Assembly (NCBI GenBank): GCA_963762255.1
Contig: CAVXKA010000001.1
Coordinates: forward strand, 512,001 to 576,000
Direction of reading: 5' to 3'
Length of the DNA stretch: 64,000 bases
Origin: Candidatus Eiseniibacteriota bacterium
GTDB lineage: Bacteria > Eisenbacteria > RBG-16-71-46 > JABDJR01
Made by a program: the position numbers and the translations under genes. The notes under the pieces are model-generated. The model was not told where the DNA came from, made no database searches, and worked only from the letters and a program-made list of their open reading frames with translations. Each line of letters opens with the position of its first letter. Position 1 is the first letter of the stretch. This document shows positions 30,450 through 39,900 of this stretch, piece after piece.

Positions 30450-33170
30450 GTGACTCCGGTGCAAGTCTTCGGCCATGTCCTCCGCCGGCTCGGACTCGAG
30501 CCCGAGGAGAATAGGCTCCTGGGCCTGATGGGCGCGCTCTGCGCAACGCTCATGTGCGCCTACACGGTCGCGAAGGTCGTGCGGGATGCGCTGTTCCTGC
30601 AGGAGTTCGGCGCGCTCTCGCTCCCCTATGCCTATGTCGCCGTCGCGCTCGTGTCGGTGGCGTTCGTGTGGTTCGAGAGCCGGCTCGCCCGACGGTTGAC
30701 GCGTGTGGGCGCGACCTGGTTCAACCAGTACACCGCGATCGGGTTCAGCGTGGCCGCCGCGTTGATCCTGCCGCATGCCCGGCACTGGACGGCTGCGGTG
30801 TTCTATCTGTGGACCGGCAGTCAGGCCATGATGCTGATTCCGCATTTCTGGCTGCTGGCGCTCCATTTCTGGGATTCCCGGCGCGCGCGCCGCATCTTCC
30901 CGCTACTCGCCGGTTTCGGGCTCATCGGCGGACTCGCCGGCGGTGCGATCGCGGCCTGGTTGGCGCCGTTGGGCCTGGTCGCGCTCACGTGGATTCTGTC
31001 GGGGCTGCTCGTGGTGGCTCATGTGCTCACGCGCATCGTGAAGCCGCGCAGCACGCGCCTCGTCGCCGCCCTGGACGCATCGCCCGGCGTCTCCAGTTGG
31101 GAGATCATTCGGCGATCCCCGTACATCAAGGTCATGGTCGCCGGCCTCGCGTTGTCGGTCATCGTCGGGACCCTGGTCGATTTCCAGTTCAAGTTCTTCG
31201 CCCAGCAGCTCTACCCGGATCCACACGCCCTGACTAGATTCCTCGGCGCTTTCTACGTCGGGCTCAACGCTTTGGCGATGCTGCTCCAATTCGGCGTCGC
31301 CGGATGGCTGTTGCAGCGCTTGGGCCTGGGGACATCCATGGGATTGCAGCCGGGAACCGTGCTGTTGTTCGCGACGCTGACGGCGGTCACCAGCGGAGGA
31401 TGGGTGGTCATCGCAATGCGATGGATTCAGGGTGTCACCGCGCAGACGCTGGGAAAGTCGGCGGCCGAGATCTACTTCGCGGCGGTCCGCCCGAGCGAGC
31501 GCCGGCGCATCAAGCTCGCGATCGACACGCTGGTCGAGCGCTGGTCGGATGCGGCGGCCGGCATCGCGCTGATCGTCGTCCTGCGCGTCCTCCATGTTCC
31601 GATTATGTTCATCGGCGTCGGGACGGCCGTCCTGGCGGCAGCGTGGATCGTCGTGGTGTGGCGCCTGCACATGCGCTACGGCTCGGCCTTCGAGCAGGCC
31701 CTGAGCAGCCGCTGGATCGAGCCTGACGTGGCGCCCGAAGCGATGCGGATCCCCTCGGCGCGCAAGGCGCTGCTGCTGGCGTTGAACGACGACGATGAGC
31801 ACCGAATCGTGTTCGCGCTCAAGCTGAGCGAGAGCGCTAGCGATCCGGCCGTTGCACGCGCGGTGCGAGACTGCCTCCGGCACGCCTCACCCGGAGTGCG
31901 CACGGCGGCAATGAGAGCGATGGAGGAGACCCGCGCGCCCGACCCGGACGGCATGATCGAGGGTTTCCTGCGCGATCCCGACGAAGGCGTGCGCCGCGCC
32001 GCGGTCGGCTACCTGCTCGTCCTGAGCGAGCAACCGATCGAGTTCGCGCGCGGTCTGCTTGAGGGCGACGACCCGACGCTCCGGCAACATGTTGTAGACG
32101 AGCTGTTCGATCGCCCCTCCGAGGCGCGCGGCGTGTTGACGCCGGCGTGGGTCGATGCCCGGGTCGCGGCCGGAACGCGTGAGGATCTGCTGCTGGTCGC
32201 GCGTGCGCTCGGCGCGATGTCCTCCAACGCAGCTGCACCGCAACTGAGAACGCTATTGGATCACGAGGATACCGAGATCCAACGAGCTGCGCTGCGCTCC
32301 GCGACCCGTCGGCCAAGCCGCATCTTCGTCGACCTCCTGGTGCCCATGCTGCTGAGGCCGGAGTTGAGCCATGAGGCCCGACGGGCCCTGTCCGCGCTCG
32401 GGGATCCGGCTGTGCCCGCGCTCCGGCGGCTGCTGAGCGGCGATCAGGGCGCGCGAGCCCGGGCCATCGCCGCGCGCGCGCTCGCACAGATTGCGACCCC
32501 GCAAGCGATCATTGCACTCATGACCCTGGTACGCGGCCCCGACGTACGCCTGCGCCACCTCGGGCTCCAGAGCCTCGCGCATGCGCGGTCGCGCAACGGC
32601 CGGCCGGTAGTCCCGCGCGCCCTTGCCCACCGGCTGTTTCTGAGAGAGTTGCTCGAGTACCGCGGATGTCTCGAGCCGGCCCGTGCGCTCGAGGCGAGTT
32701 CCGTGCCCGAGCTTCGCCTACTCGCCGAGAGCTACCGCGAGTGGGCCGACATGGCCCTCGAGCGGGCCTTCGACGCCCTGGCCTGCTGGTACGAGCCCAA
32801 ACCGCTCTTCGGCGTCTTTGACCGGCTCAGGTCGATTCAGCCGGAACGCACGTCGACCGCCCTGGAGTATCTTGGACATGTGTTGCCGCGCGCGATCTTC
32901 AAACCGGTTAGCCGGATCTTCGAGAAGACTCCGGAAGACGTCGCCGTGATCGGGTCCGAAGCCGACACGCTCGCGGGTTGGATCCGCGCCGCGTGGGAAT
33001 CGGACGACGACTGGCTGCGCGCCTGTGCCGTAAGAGCCGCGCGCCACGTCCAGGGATTCGATCTCGGGCTGTTCACCGCCGCGGCTGACGACAGTCCCAT
33101 TGTTGGCGCGGAAATCGCATCACTTTCCGTGCCCACGCGCATCGGGACGATACAGGCGGTGCCATGCTGA
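30450..33170 (+). CDS. NTT-family membrane domain fused to HEAT repeats
   Basis: AYTVAKVVRDALFL, LVDFQFK, KLAIDTLVERWSD, then HEAT repeats (LRDPDEGVRRAAV, LDHEDTEIQRAAL, DDDWLRACA); GTG 30450 with GAGG. Confidence 0.85.
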   Translation: MTPVQVFGHVLRRLGLEPEENRLLGLMGALCATLMCAYTVAKVVRDALFLQEFGALSLPYAYVAVALVSVAFVWFESRLARRLTRVGATWFNQYTAIGFSVAAALILPHARHWTAAVFYLWTGSQAMMLIPHFWLLALHFWDSRRARRIFPLLAGFGLIGGLAGGAIAAWLAPLGLVALTWILSGLLVVAHVLTRIVKPRSTRLVAALDASPGVSSWEIIRRSPYIKVMVAGLALSVIVGTLVDFQFKFFAQQLYPDPHALTRFLGAFYVGLNALAMLLQFGVAGWLLQRLGLGTSMGLQPGTVLLFATLTAVTSGGWVVIAMRWIQGVTAQTLGKSAAEIYFAAVRPSERRRIKLAIDTLVERWSDAAAGIALIVVLRVLHVPIMFIGVGTAVLAAAWIVVVWRLHMRYGSAFEQALSSRWIEPDVAPEAMRIPSARKALLLALNDDDEHRIVFALKLSESASDPAVARAVRDCLRHASPGVRTAAMRAMEETRAPDPDGMIEGFLRDPDEGVRRAAVGYLLVLSEQPIEFARGLLEGDDPTLRQHVVDELFDRPSEARGVLTPAWVDARVAAGTREDLLLVARALGAMSSNAAAPQLRTLLDHEDTEIQRAALRSATRRPSRIFVDLLVPMLLRPELSHEARRALSALGDPAVPALRRLLSGDQGARARAIAARALAQIATPQAIIALMTLVRGPDVRLRHLGLQSLAHARSRNGRPVVPRALAHRLFLRELLEYRGCLEPARALEASSVPELRLLAESYREWADMALERAFDALACWYEPKPLFGVFDRLRSIQPERTSTALEYLGHVLPRAIFKPVSRIFEKTPEDVAVIGSEADTLAGWIRAAWESDDDWLRACAVRAARHVQGFDLGLFTAAADDSPIVGAEIASLSVPTRIGTIQAVPC

Positions 33171-33901
33171 GCCCGGTGGAGCGCGTGCTCATCCTCAAGG
33201 GGGCGGACCTTCTGAGGGATGTCGGGCCGCGTCACCTGCTCGGGCTGGCGGAAGTGGCCCGCGAGATCGAAATCGCGGCGGGCGACACGATCTACAACGC
33301 CGACGATCCCGCGGACGCGCTCTACCTCGTCGTGGAGGGCCGCGTGCGGCTCATGACCGACGACAAACCCCTCTCCGAAGTGGGGCCGGGCGAGGCCTTC
33401 GGGACTTGGGCGCTGGTGGACGAGTCCGAGCGCGGCCATCGCGCCGAGTGCATCGAGGACGGTCTGGCTTTGGCGCTCCACCGCGACGAGTTCTACGACG
33501 TGGCCGCCGGAGACCTGTCGCTCCTGCAAGAGGTCCTGCGGGCCCTGGCAAAGCGTCTTCGCGCCCTCGTGGCGGAGCGGCCCGAGGAGGCCCGCGTCGA
33601 AGGTGAAGGGATCGAGAAGCCGGAGGCGATGGCGGCCCCGGAGACGGCAGAGGCCGTTTCCAGCACCGTCGCCGCTGTCGACGCCGCGACGACACCGCAA
33701 GCAGTGACCCTGCCCGAGCCGGCCAACCCGCCCAACGCCGGGCCCCCGGACACCGTGGACGCACCTGACGCGCCCGCGCCCGACGCCGCAGCGCCCACGC
33801 CCGGCGCGGAGCCGCCCGCGCCCGGGGCCGGGGCGACGCTTGCGGCCGCCGCGCTGGGAAAGACGCCTCCTGAGCCACCTGATGCCTTACCATCATCATG
33901 A
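33164..33901 (+). CDS. Cyclic-nucleotide-binding domain protein with Pro/Ala-rich tail
   Basis: ERVLILK, AGDTIYNADDPADALYLVVEGRV, GPGEAFG; overlaps the upstream stop. Confidence 0.85.
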   Translation: MLSPVERVLILKGADLLRDVGPRHLLGLAEVAREIEIAAGDTIYNADDPADALYLVVEGRVRLMTDDKPLSEVGPGEAFGTWALVDESERGHRAECIEDGLALALHRDEFYDVAAGDLSLLQEVLRALAKRLRALVAERPEEARVEGEGIEKPEAMAAPETAEAVSSTVAAVDAATTPQAVTLPEPANPPNAGPPDTVDAPDAPAPDAAAPTPGAEPPAPGAGATLAAAALGKTPPEPPDALPSS

Positions 33902-33930
33902 TCCGGATCGGCGAAGACGCCGCACCGAGA

Positions 33931-33939
33931 TGATAGAAT
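33931..33939 (+). promoter_or_regulatory. Extended -10 element before the CYTH-CHAD gene
   Basis: TGATAGAAT, 9 nt upstream of ATG 33949. Confidence 0.5.
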
Positions 33940-33948
33940 TGAGTAGAG

Positions 33949-35721
33949 ATGACAGCTGCGACACACGTCCCACCCGGTGACGTCGATCAACTCGAAACCG
34001 AGTGGCAGTTCACCTCCCCCGAGCTGCCCGCGGTCGAGGAGTGGCTTCGCGCGCACCCGAGCCGCCAGGGCGTGGACATCGGCGAGCCCGACACGCGCCT
34101 CCTTCGGGACGTCTACTACGACACCGAGGACCACCGGATCCACCGCGCGGGCTTCACCCTGCGCATCCGCGCGGTCGGGGACCGCAACGAGGCCACACTC
34201 AAGGCGCTGGCCCCGGCTTCAGACGGCCTGCGTGTCCGCCGAGAGATCACGCATCCCCTCACCGAGGACGACCCACGCGATCTCTTCGTGAGCCAGAGCC
34301 CGGTGGGGATGCGTCTGCGCCGCTTGTGCCGAGTGACCGAGCTGAGGCCGATCGCCGAGATCCATACGGAGCGGCGCACGTTTCCGCTGCTCGCGGGAGG
34401 AGAGCCGAAGGGCTCGCTTGCGCTGGACCGCAGCGCGCTCACCGACGCCTCGGGGCGCGTCCACCATCTGCAACGGGTGGAGGTAGAGGCCGCCGGCACG
34501 GCTACCGACGCGCTTGTCCCCTTCGTCGAAAAGTTCCGTCAGAGCGAACGGTTGGCCCCCGCAGAGGAGTCCAAGGTCGAATGGGCGCTGCGCACGCTCG
34601 GCCTCAACACGGACTGGATGCTCGATCTCGGCCCGACCAAGGTGGAGCCGACGATGAGCGTGGGCGAGGTCGCATTCGCCGTGCTGCGCAAGCAGCTCGG
34701 CGCGTTCCTCCGCCACGAGCCGGGAACCCGGCTGGGTGACGATCCCGAACATCTCCATGACATGCGGGTGGCCGCGCGCCGGATGCGCGCCGCGCTGCGC
34801 GTCTTCGAGGACGTGCTTCCGCCGAACCCGACGGTTCGCTATCTCGCGGGCCTGCACGAGGTGGGGCAGGTGCTCGGGCGAGTCCGCGATCTCGACGTGC
34901 AGATCGAGCAGATCCGAAATCGCCGGAGGCTGCTCGTCGCGGCCGGCCCCTCGGATCTCGATCCCCTGCTCCAGCGACTCTCCGACAAACGCGAGCTCGC
35001 CCGCGAAGACATGATCGCGACTCTCAGTTCCGCACACTATCGCCGTCTGGTGCGCTCGCTGACCGCCTGGGTCCGCACCGGTCCCGGCCGCCGTACCGCG
35101 GCCGCGGTCCCCTCGCGCACCGCCGCTCCGCTTCTCATCCGTCGCGCCCGCCGCCGCGTGATGCGCACGGCGCGCCGCCTGGAGCCCTCATCGCCCCCGA
35201 CTGCGTACCATGAGCTGCGCATCCGCTGCAAACGGTTCCGCTACACGATGGAGTTCCTGCAACCGCTCTACGGCGCTCCGGCCGCGCGCCTCACGGAGGC
35301 ATTGGTGGACGTGCAGGATTGCCTCGGCCTCCACCAGGACGTGCAGGTGTCGATCGCGCTCATGCGACGGCTCGCCGAAGACCGCGAGGCGCCGCTCCCG
35401 GAAGGGACCGCTGTGGCGGTGGGCGAACTCACGCAACTCTGCGCGACCCAGGCCGAGGAGCTCCGAGGGCAATTCCCAAAGCTCTTCAGCCACGTCGAGG
35501 GCAAGCGCTGGCGATCGCTGCGCGGAGCGATGCTGGCCGCCACCGAGGCGCTCGCCGCAGACCTCTTCCGCCAGGCGCATCTCGACGCGGCACAGACGCA
35601 GCGAGCGCGCCTGAGCGCGCCGGCTCGCAACGTGGAGGAGGCCTCCAGCCCGAGCCCGGATCCGTGCGAGCTGAAGCCGGTCGCGCCCGTGGAGGACCCG
35701 GAGCATCCATGGAACTCGTGA
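33949..35721 (+). CDS. CYTH + CHAD domain protein (polyphosphate-binding)
   Basis: ETEWQF, DVYYDT, LRIR, VEVE; then DPEHLHDMRVAARRMRAAL, RDLDV, HELRIRCKRFRY, QDCLGLHQD. Confidence 0.9.
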   Translation: MTAATHVPPGDVDQLETEWQFTSPELPAVEEWLRAHPSRQGVDIGEPDTRLLRDVYYDTEDHRIHRAGFTLRIRAVGDRNEATLKALAPASDGLRVRREITHPLTEDDPRDLFVSQSPVGMRLRRLCRVTELRPIAEIHTERRTFPLLAGGEPKGSLALDRSALTDASGRVHHLQRVEVEAAGTATDALVPFVEKFRQSERLAPAEESKVEWALRTLGLNTDWMLDLGPTKVEPTMSVGEVAFAVLRKQLGAFLRHEPGTRLGDDPEHLHDMRVAARRMRAALRVFEDVLPPNPTVRYLAGLHEVGQVLGRVRDLDVQIEQIRNRRRLLVAAGPSDLDPLLQRLSDKRELAREDMIATLSSAHYRRLVRSLTAWVRTGPGRRTAAAVPSRTAAPLLIRRARRRVMRTARRLEPSSPPTAYHELRIRCKRFRYTMEFLQPLYGAPAARLTEALVDVQDCLGLHQDVQVSIALMRRLAEDREAPLPEGTAVAVGELTQLCATQAEELRGQFPKLFSHVEGKRWRSLRGAMLAATEALAADLFRQAHLDAAQTQRARLSAPARNVEEASSPSPDPCELKPVAPVEDPEHPWNS

Positions 35722-36212
35722 TCGTGCGCCACGCCGTGGCCTTCGACCGCGATTCCACGCGATGGCCGGACGACGACGACCGTCCGCTCAGCCCCGAGGG
35801 GATGGAGCGGTTTCGCCGGGTGGCGCGGGGTCTCGGCCGCGTCGTTCCCGAGGTGAGCGCGCTCTATGCGAGCCCCCTCGTGCGCGCCCGACAGACCGCG
35901 GAGATTTTGCAGGCCGAGGCCCACTGGCCGTCGCCGCAGCTTCTCGACGCTCTGCGCCCCGAAGAGCATCCCGAAACCCTGCTCGCAACGCTGCGCCGCG
36001 CGGGCGCGGACGAGTGCATCGCCGTGGTCGGCCACGAGCCGCATCTGCATGATCTCGTGGGGTTTCTCGCCTGCGGCCGACGGCACGGTCTGGCGGTGGA
36101 CATGAAGAAGGGTGGCGCCGCCACGATCTCCTTCACCGGCGGGGATGTCGGGCCGGGGGCCGGGCGCCTCGAGTGGCTCCTTCCCCCAAAGACGATCCTG
36201 AAGCTCCTTTAG
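35709..36212 (+). CDS. sixA: SixA-like histidine phosphatase
   Basis: MELVIVRHA, RPLSPEG, SPLVRARQTA, VGHEP, KKGG. Confidence 0.9.
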   Translation: MELVIVRHAVAFDRDSTRWPDDDDRPLSPEGMERFRRVARGLGRVVPEVSALYASPLVRARQTAEILQAEAHWPSPQLLDALRPEEHPETLLATLRRAGADECIAVVGHEPHLHDLVGFLACGRRHGLAVDMKKGGAATISFTGGDVGPGAGRLEWLLPPKTILKLL

Positions 36213-37723
36213 CTGCGCGAGCGGCGGGGCGCAGCGATCTCCAGATCCCTTCCGAACGCGCGGCGGAACCGGTCGCGGAACTTCGGCGGGTCCCACGTCG
36301 AGAGCGCGTCCATCCGAAGCACGAGTGCATCGCCGGTGTCCCGCGCGTTGACATGCGGCCGGTGGGCGGCGGGGAGCCGCTGCTCGATCTCGTCGGCCAG
36401 CGCGAGGAGGATTCCCGCTCGGCGCAGCGAGGCCAACTCCCGCGCCTGCATCATGGGACGGTAGCGCCTGAACGTCTGATCTTCGTCGTCGGCCAGCGCC
36501 ACCACCGCGGCCACCAACAGAATGTCGCGGTGCATGAACCCGAGGAGCCCGGTCGTGCGCAGGATCATCGCGGTGTGCTGGTGGCGCCGGTAGTAGTCGA
36601 TGCTGCGGCCGATATCGAGCACGTAGGCGGCGTGGTCGAGAATCTCCCGAGCCATCGGCGAGGCATGCGGCGACATCACCCGCCGCAGATCGGCGACCAG
36701 CGCGCAGCGCCGGCGGGCGCGGGCTGCATCCCATGAGGCGAACCGCGCGGCGAGAGCAGCGATCGACCGGGCGCGCACGGTCTCCGGGGTCGGCATCCCG
36801 ATGCCGGTGGACGCCAGAACGATCCCTTCCCGGACTCCCTGCCCGGCCACGACGAGACGGTCGGCACCGATATGATCCATGACCAGCTCGGCGACGAGGC
36901 TCCCCCCTACGATGGAATCGGCGCGTTCGCTGTTGAGCCCGGGCAGCGCGGCGCGCGCGGACGAGCGATTCGAGGCGAGGAGCACACCCACCTCCTGAAG
37001 GTGGTGCCGGGTGAGTTCATAGCCGTGCAGGCGGGGCACCGGGTAGTCGCGCCGCCGCGCGTCCACCTTGGCCAGGTTGCGGATGGTGCCGCCGGTGCCC
37101 ACGAGGACGTCATCGCCCTTCATGGAGGGAATCCCCGCCGCGGCCAGCGTCTTCTGAGCGTGCGCGCGAAGGCGGTGGATCTCGCCTCGACCGGGCGGAT
37201 CCCCCTTCAAGAATCGGTCATTGAGCAGCAGGGCGCCCAGCGGCAGGCTCCAAACGCGGCGCAACCGCCGCTTGCGGAATTGGGCAAGCTCCGCGCTTCC
37301 CCCGCCGATGTCGAGCACCAGGCCGTGCTCCACCGGCAGCCCGTAGACGGCCCCCAGGAACGCATTCCGCGCCTCACTCGCGGCGTCGAGCGCGAGGATC
37401 CGCAGGCCAAGCTCGCGGCGTACGCGGTCCAGGAATTCGCCCCCGTTGGCCGCCTCGCGCACAGCGGCGGTGGCCACGCCGATGACCCGCTTCGCCCCGC
37501 ACGCGCGGGCCAATTGGCGGAAGTCGCGCAGCACGACCAGCGTGCTCTCGATGGCGCGGCGCTTTAGTCGGCCCTGGGCATCGATCTCGCGGATGAGCCG
37601 TAGCGAAGCGCGCTCGTCGGCCAGCACTTCGGCGCAACCGTCGGCCGCAACGCGGAACACGACCACGCGCGCCGAGTTCGACCCGATGTCGATCACCGCC
37701 ACCGTGGAGACACCGGCTCTCAC
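36209..37723 (-). CDS. ppx: Ppx/GppA exopolyphosphatase
   Basis: IDIGSNS, ATAAVREA, DIGGGSAE, GTGGTIR, ERADSI, GVREG. Confidence 0.93.
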   Translation of the reverse strand: MRAGVSTVAVIDIGSNSARVVVFRVAADGCAEVLADERASLRLIREIDAQGRLKRRAIESTLVVLRDFRQLARACGAKRVIGVATAAVREAANGGEFLDRVRRELGLRILALDAASEARNAFLGAVYGLPVEHGLVLDIGGGSAELAQFRKRRLRRVWSLPLGALLLNDRFLKGDPPGRGEIHRLRAHAQKTLAAAGIPSMKGDDVLVGTGGTIRNLAKVDARRRDYPVPRLHGYELTRHHLQEVGVLLASNRSSARAALPGLNSERADSIVGGSLVAELVMDHIGADRLVVAGQGVREGIVLASTGIGMPTPETVRARSIAALAARFASWDAARARRRCALVADLRRVMSPHASPMAREILDHAAYVLDIGRSIDYYRRHQHTAMILRTTGLLGFMHRDILLVAAVVALADDEDQTFRRYRPMMQARELASLRRAGILLALADEIEQRLPAAHRPHVNARDTGDALVLRMDALSTWDPPKFRDRFRRAFGRDLEIAAPRRSRS

Positions 37724-39867
37724 TCCTTGAGCGCCTCCCTGGAGCGCGCCGGCTTCTTGGCTTCGACCTCCGCGCGAGCCCGCGCCATGAACACGTCCTG
37801 TGCACCCAGCGGCTTCTCACCGGGTGCCGGACGGCGTCGGACATAGGCGCCGTCCGAATCGCAATCCCAGCGCGAGTAGTTGTCCGTCTCGTAAACGTCC
37901 AGGATCGAGGAGAGTTCGGCCTGGAGTCGTGGATCGGTGATCGGCGCAATGCTCTCCACGCGCCGGTTCAAGTTCCGCCTCATCCAGTCGGCGGAACCCA
38001 GATAGAACTCCGGCTGCCCGCCGTTCAGGAACTCGTAGATGCGGCCGTGCTCGAGAAAACGCCCGACGATGCTGAAGACACGGACGGTCTCGGAGAGGCC
38101 GGGCACGCCCGGTCGCAGGCAACACAGCCCGCGCACGTTGAGGGACATGGACACGCCCGCCTGAGCCGCCTTGTAGAGCTCGCGAATGATGTCGGGGTCC
38201 TGGAGCTGATTCATCTTGGCCCGAATCCGCGCCGGCCGCCCCGCACGCGCATGCTCCGCCTCGCGCGCGATGAGTTGCATGAATTTCGACCGCATGTAGT
38301 GAGGAGCGACGATCAGCTTGGCGTAGTCGCTGAGAGGCATGGCGCCGGTGAGCTGGTTGAACAGTGCAGCGACGTCGCGACACAGCTCGGGATCGCAGGT
38401 GAGCACGCCGATATCCTCGTAGAGACGGGCGGTGCCGGTGTTGTAGTTGCCGGTGCCCACGTGCGCGTAGTGGCGGACCACTCCGCGCTCCTCGCGCACG
38501 ACGAGCGCGAGCTTGACGTGGGTCTTGAGCTGCTTCACACCGTAGGAGACGTGGGCCCCCTCGCGCTCGAGGAGCTGACCCCAGGCGATGTTGGGTGCCT
38601 CGTCGAAACGCGCGGTGATCTCGACCAGCACCGCGACCTGCTTCCCCCGCCGCGCGGCCTCGGCGAGAGCCTGGACGATCGGCGAGTTGCTGTTCGTGCG
38701 GTAGATGGTGAGCTTGATCGCCAGCACCTGCGGGTCCTCGGCGGCGGAGGCGATGAACCGCAGCACCGAAGACTCGAAACTCTGGTACGGGTGAAGAAGC
38801 AGGATGTCCCCCCGGCGGATCTCGGCAAAGATCGCCGAGGGATCCGCGGGGTCGAGCTTGCGTAACCGAGGGTGGTCGACCGGCGTGTGAGGGGGTGCGA
38901 GAAGATCGCCGCGATCCGATACGTGCAGGCTCAGCAGATCGCCCAGGCCCAGAAGCGTCTCGGAGGGATAGACGTCCTCGGCGGGCACCCGAAGCTGCTC
39001 GGCGAGCCACGCTCGCAGCGGCTCGGGCATCTCGCTCGATACCTTCACCCTCACGATCCCCGCGAAGCGGCGCGCCTTCAGCTCGCGCGAGACCTGCCGG
39101 ACGATGTCCCCCGGCATCAGCGCGTCCGAGGCGGCCTCGTAGTCCGGGATCTCGCCCTCCGCTCCCCGCGTCACCCGGAAGAGAGAGAACCGGAAACGGT
39201 GATCCCCGGGAATGAGGAGATCGAGATGCGCGCCCACGACCTCTTCCAGGGGGACGAAACCGCCTTGGTCGGGGAGCTTTACCCAGCGCGGCAGGTTCGT
39301 CGGAATCTTGATACGCACAAAGCGCTCGCGCTCGCCCGCCGCGTCCCCCACCAGGACGGCGAGGTTGAGACCCTGATTGCTGATGAAAGGAAAGGGGTGC
39401 TCGGCGTCCACCGCGAGCGGGGTCAGGATGGGGAGGATCGTCGAGGTGAAGTAGTCGCGCAAGTAAGCCTGCTGCTCCGCGCTGAGTCGCGAGGTGCTCA
39501 GGATGGGGATCCCCGCCGCTTCCAGTTCGGGGAGGATCTGCTCCTGCATGACAACCGATAGCGATCGCATCTGGCGGCGGATCTCATCGCGGCAGGCATC
39601 CAACTCCTCGGCAGGAAGGCGCCCGTCGAGGGACCGCTTCACCACCCCCTGGCGGACCTGCCGCTTGAGCCCGCCGATCCGCTTCATGAAGAACTCGTCG
39701 TGGAGCATGCCCATGATGCCCACGAACTTGACGCGCTCGAGGAGCGGAAGATCGGGGTCCGAGGTGAGCTCCAGCACCCGTCGGGCGAAGGCGAGCCAAC
39801 TCAGTTCCCGGTTGAGGAAAATCTGGAAGGAGTCGAGTGCCACATCGGGCGATATCTCTTGCGTCAC
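37720..39867 (-). CDS. ppk1: Polyphosphate kinase 1
   Basis: NRELSWLAF, HPFPFISN, HPYQSF, ARFDE, KTHVK, GTGNYN, SIVGRFLEH, GSADWMRRNL. Confidence 0.97.
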   Translation of the reverse strand: MTQEISPDVALDSFQIFLNRELSWLAFARRVLELTSDPDLPLLERVKFVGIMGMLHDEFFMKRIGGLKRQVRQGVVKRSLDGRLPAEELDACRDEIRRQMRSLSVVMQEQILPELEAAGIPILSTSRLSAEQQAYLRDYFTSTILPILTPLAVDAEHPFPFISNQGLNLAVLVGDAAGERERFVRIKIPTNLPRWVKLPDQGGFVPLEEVVGAHLDLLIPGDHRFRFSLFRVTRGAEGEIPDYEAASDALMPGDIVRQVSRELKARRFAGIVRVKVSSEMPEPLRAWLAEQLRVPAEDVYPSETLLGLGDLLSLHVSDRGDLLAPPHTPVDHPRLRKLDPADPSAIFAEIRRGDILLLHPYQSFESSVLRFIASAAEDPQVLAIKLTIYRTNSNSPIVQALAEAARRGKQVAVLVEITARFDEAPNIAWGQLLEREGAHVSYGVKQLKTHVKLALVVREERGVVRHYAHVGTGNYNTGTARLYEDIGVLTCDPELCRDVAALFNQLTGAMPLSDYAKLIVAPHYMRSKFMQLIAREAEHARAGRPARIRAKMNQLQDPDIIRELYKAAQAGVSMSLNVRGLCCLRPGVPGLSETVRVFSIVGRFLEHGRIYEFLNGGQPEFYLGSADWMRRNLNRRVESIAPITDPRLQAELSSILDVYETDNYSRWDCDSDGAYVRRRPAPGEKPLGAQDVFMARARAEVEAKKPARSREALKE

Positions 39868-39900
39868 CGGTCCCCCCTTGGCGGCAAGCCTATCATGGCG

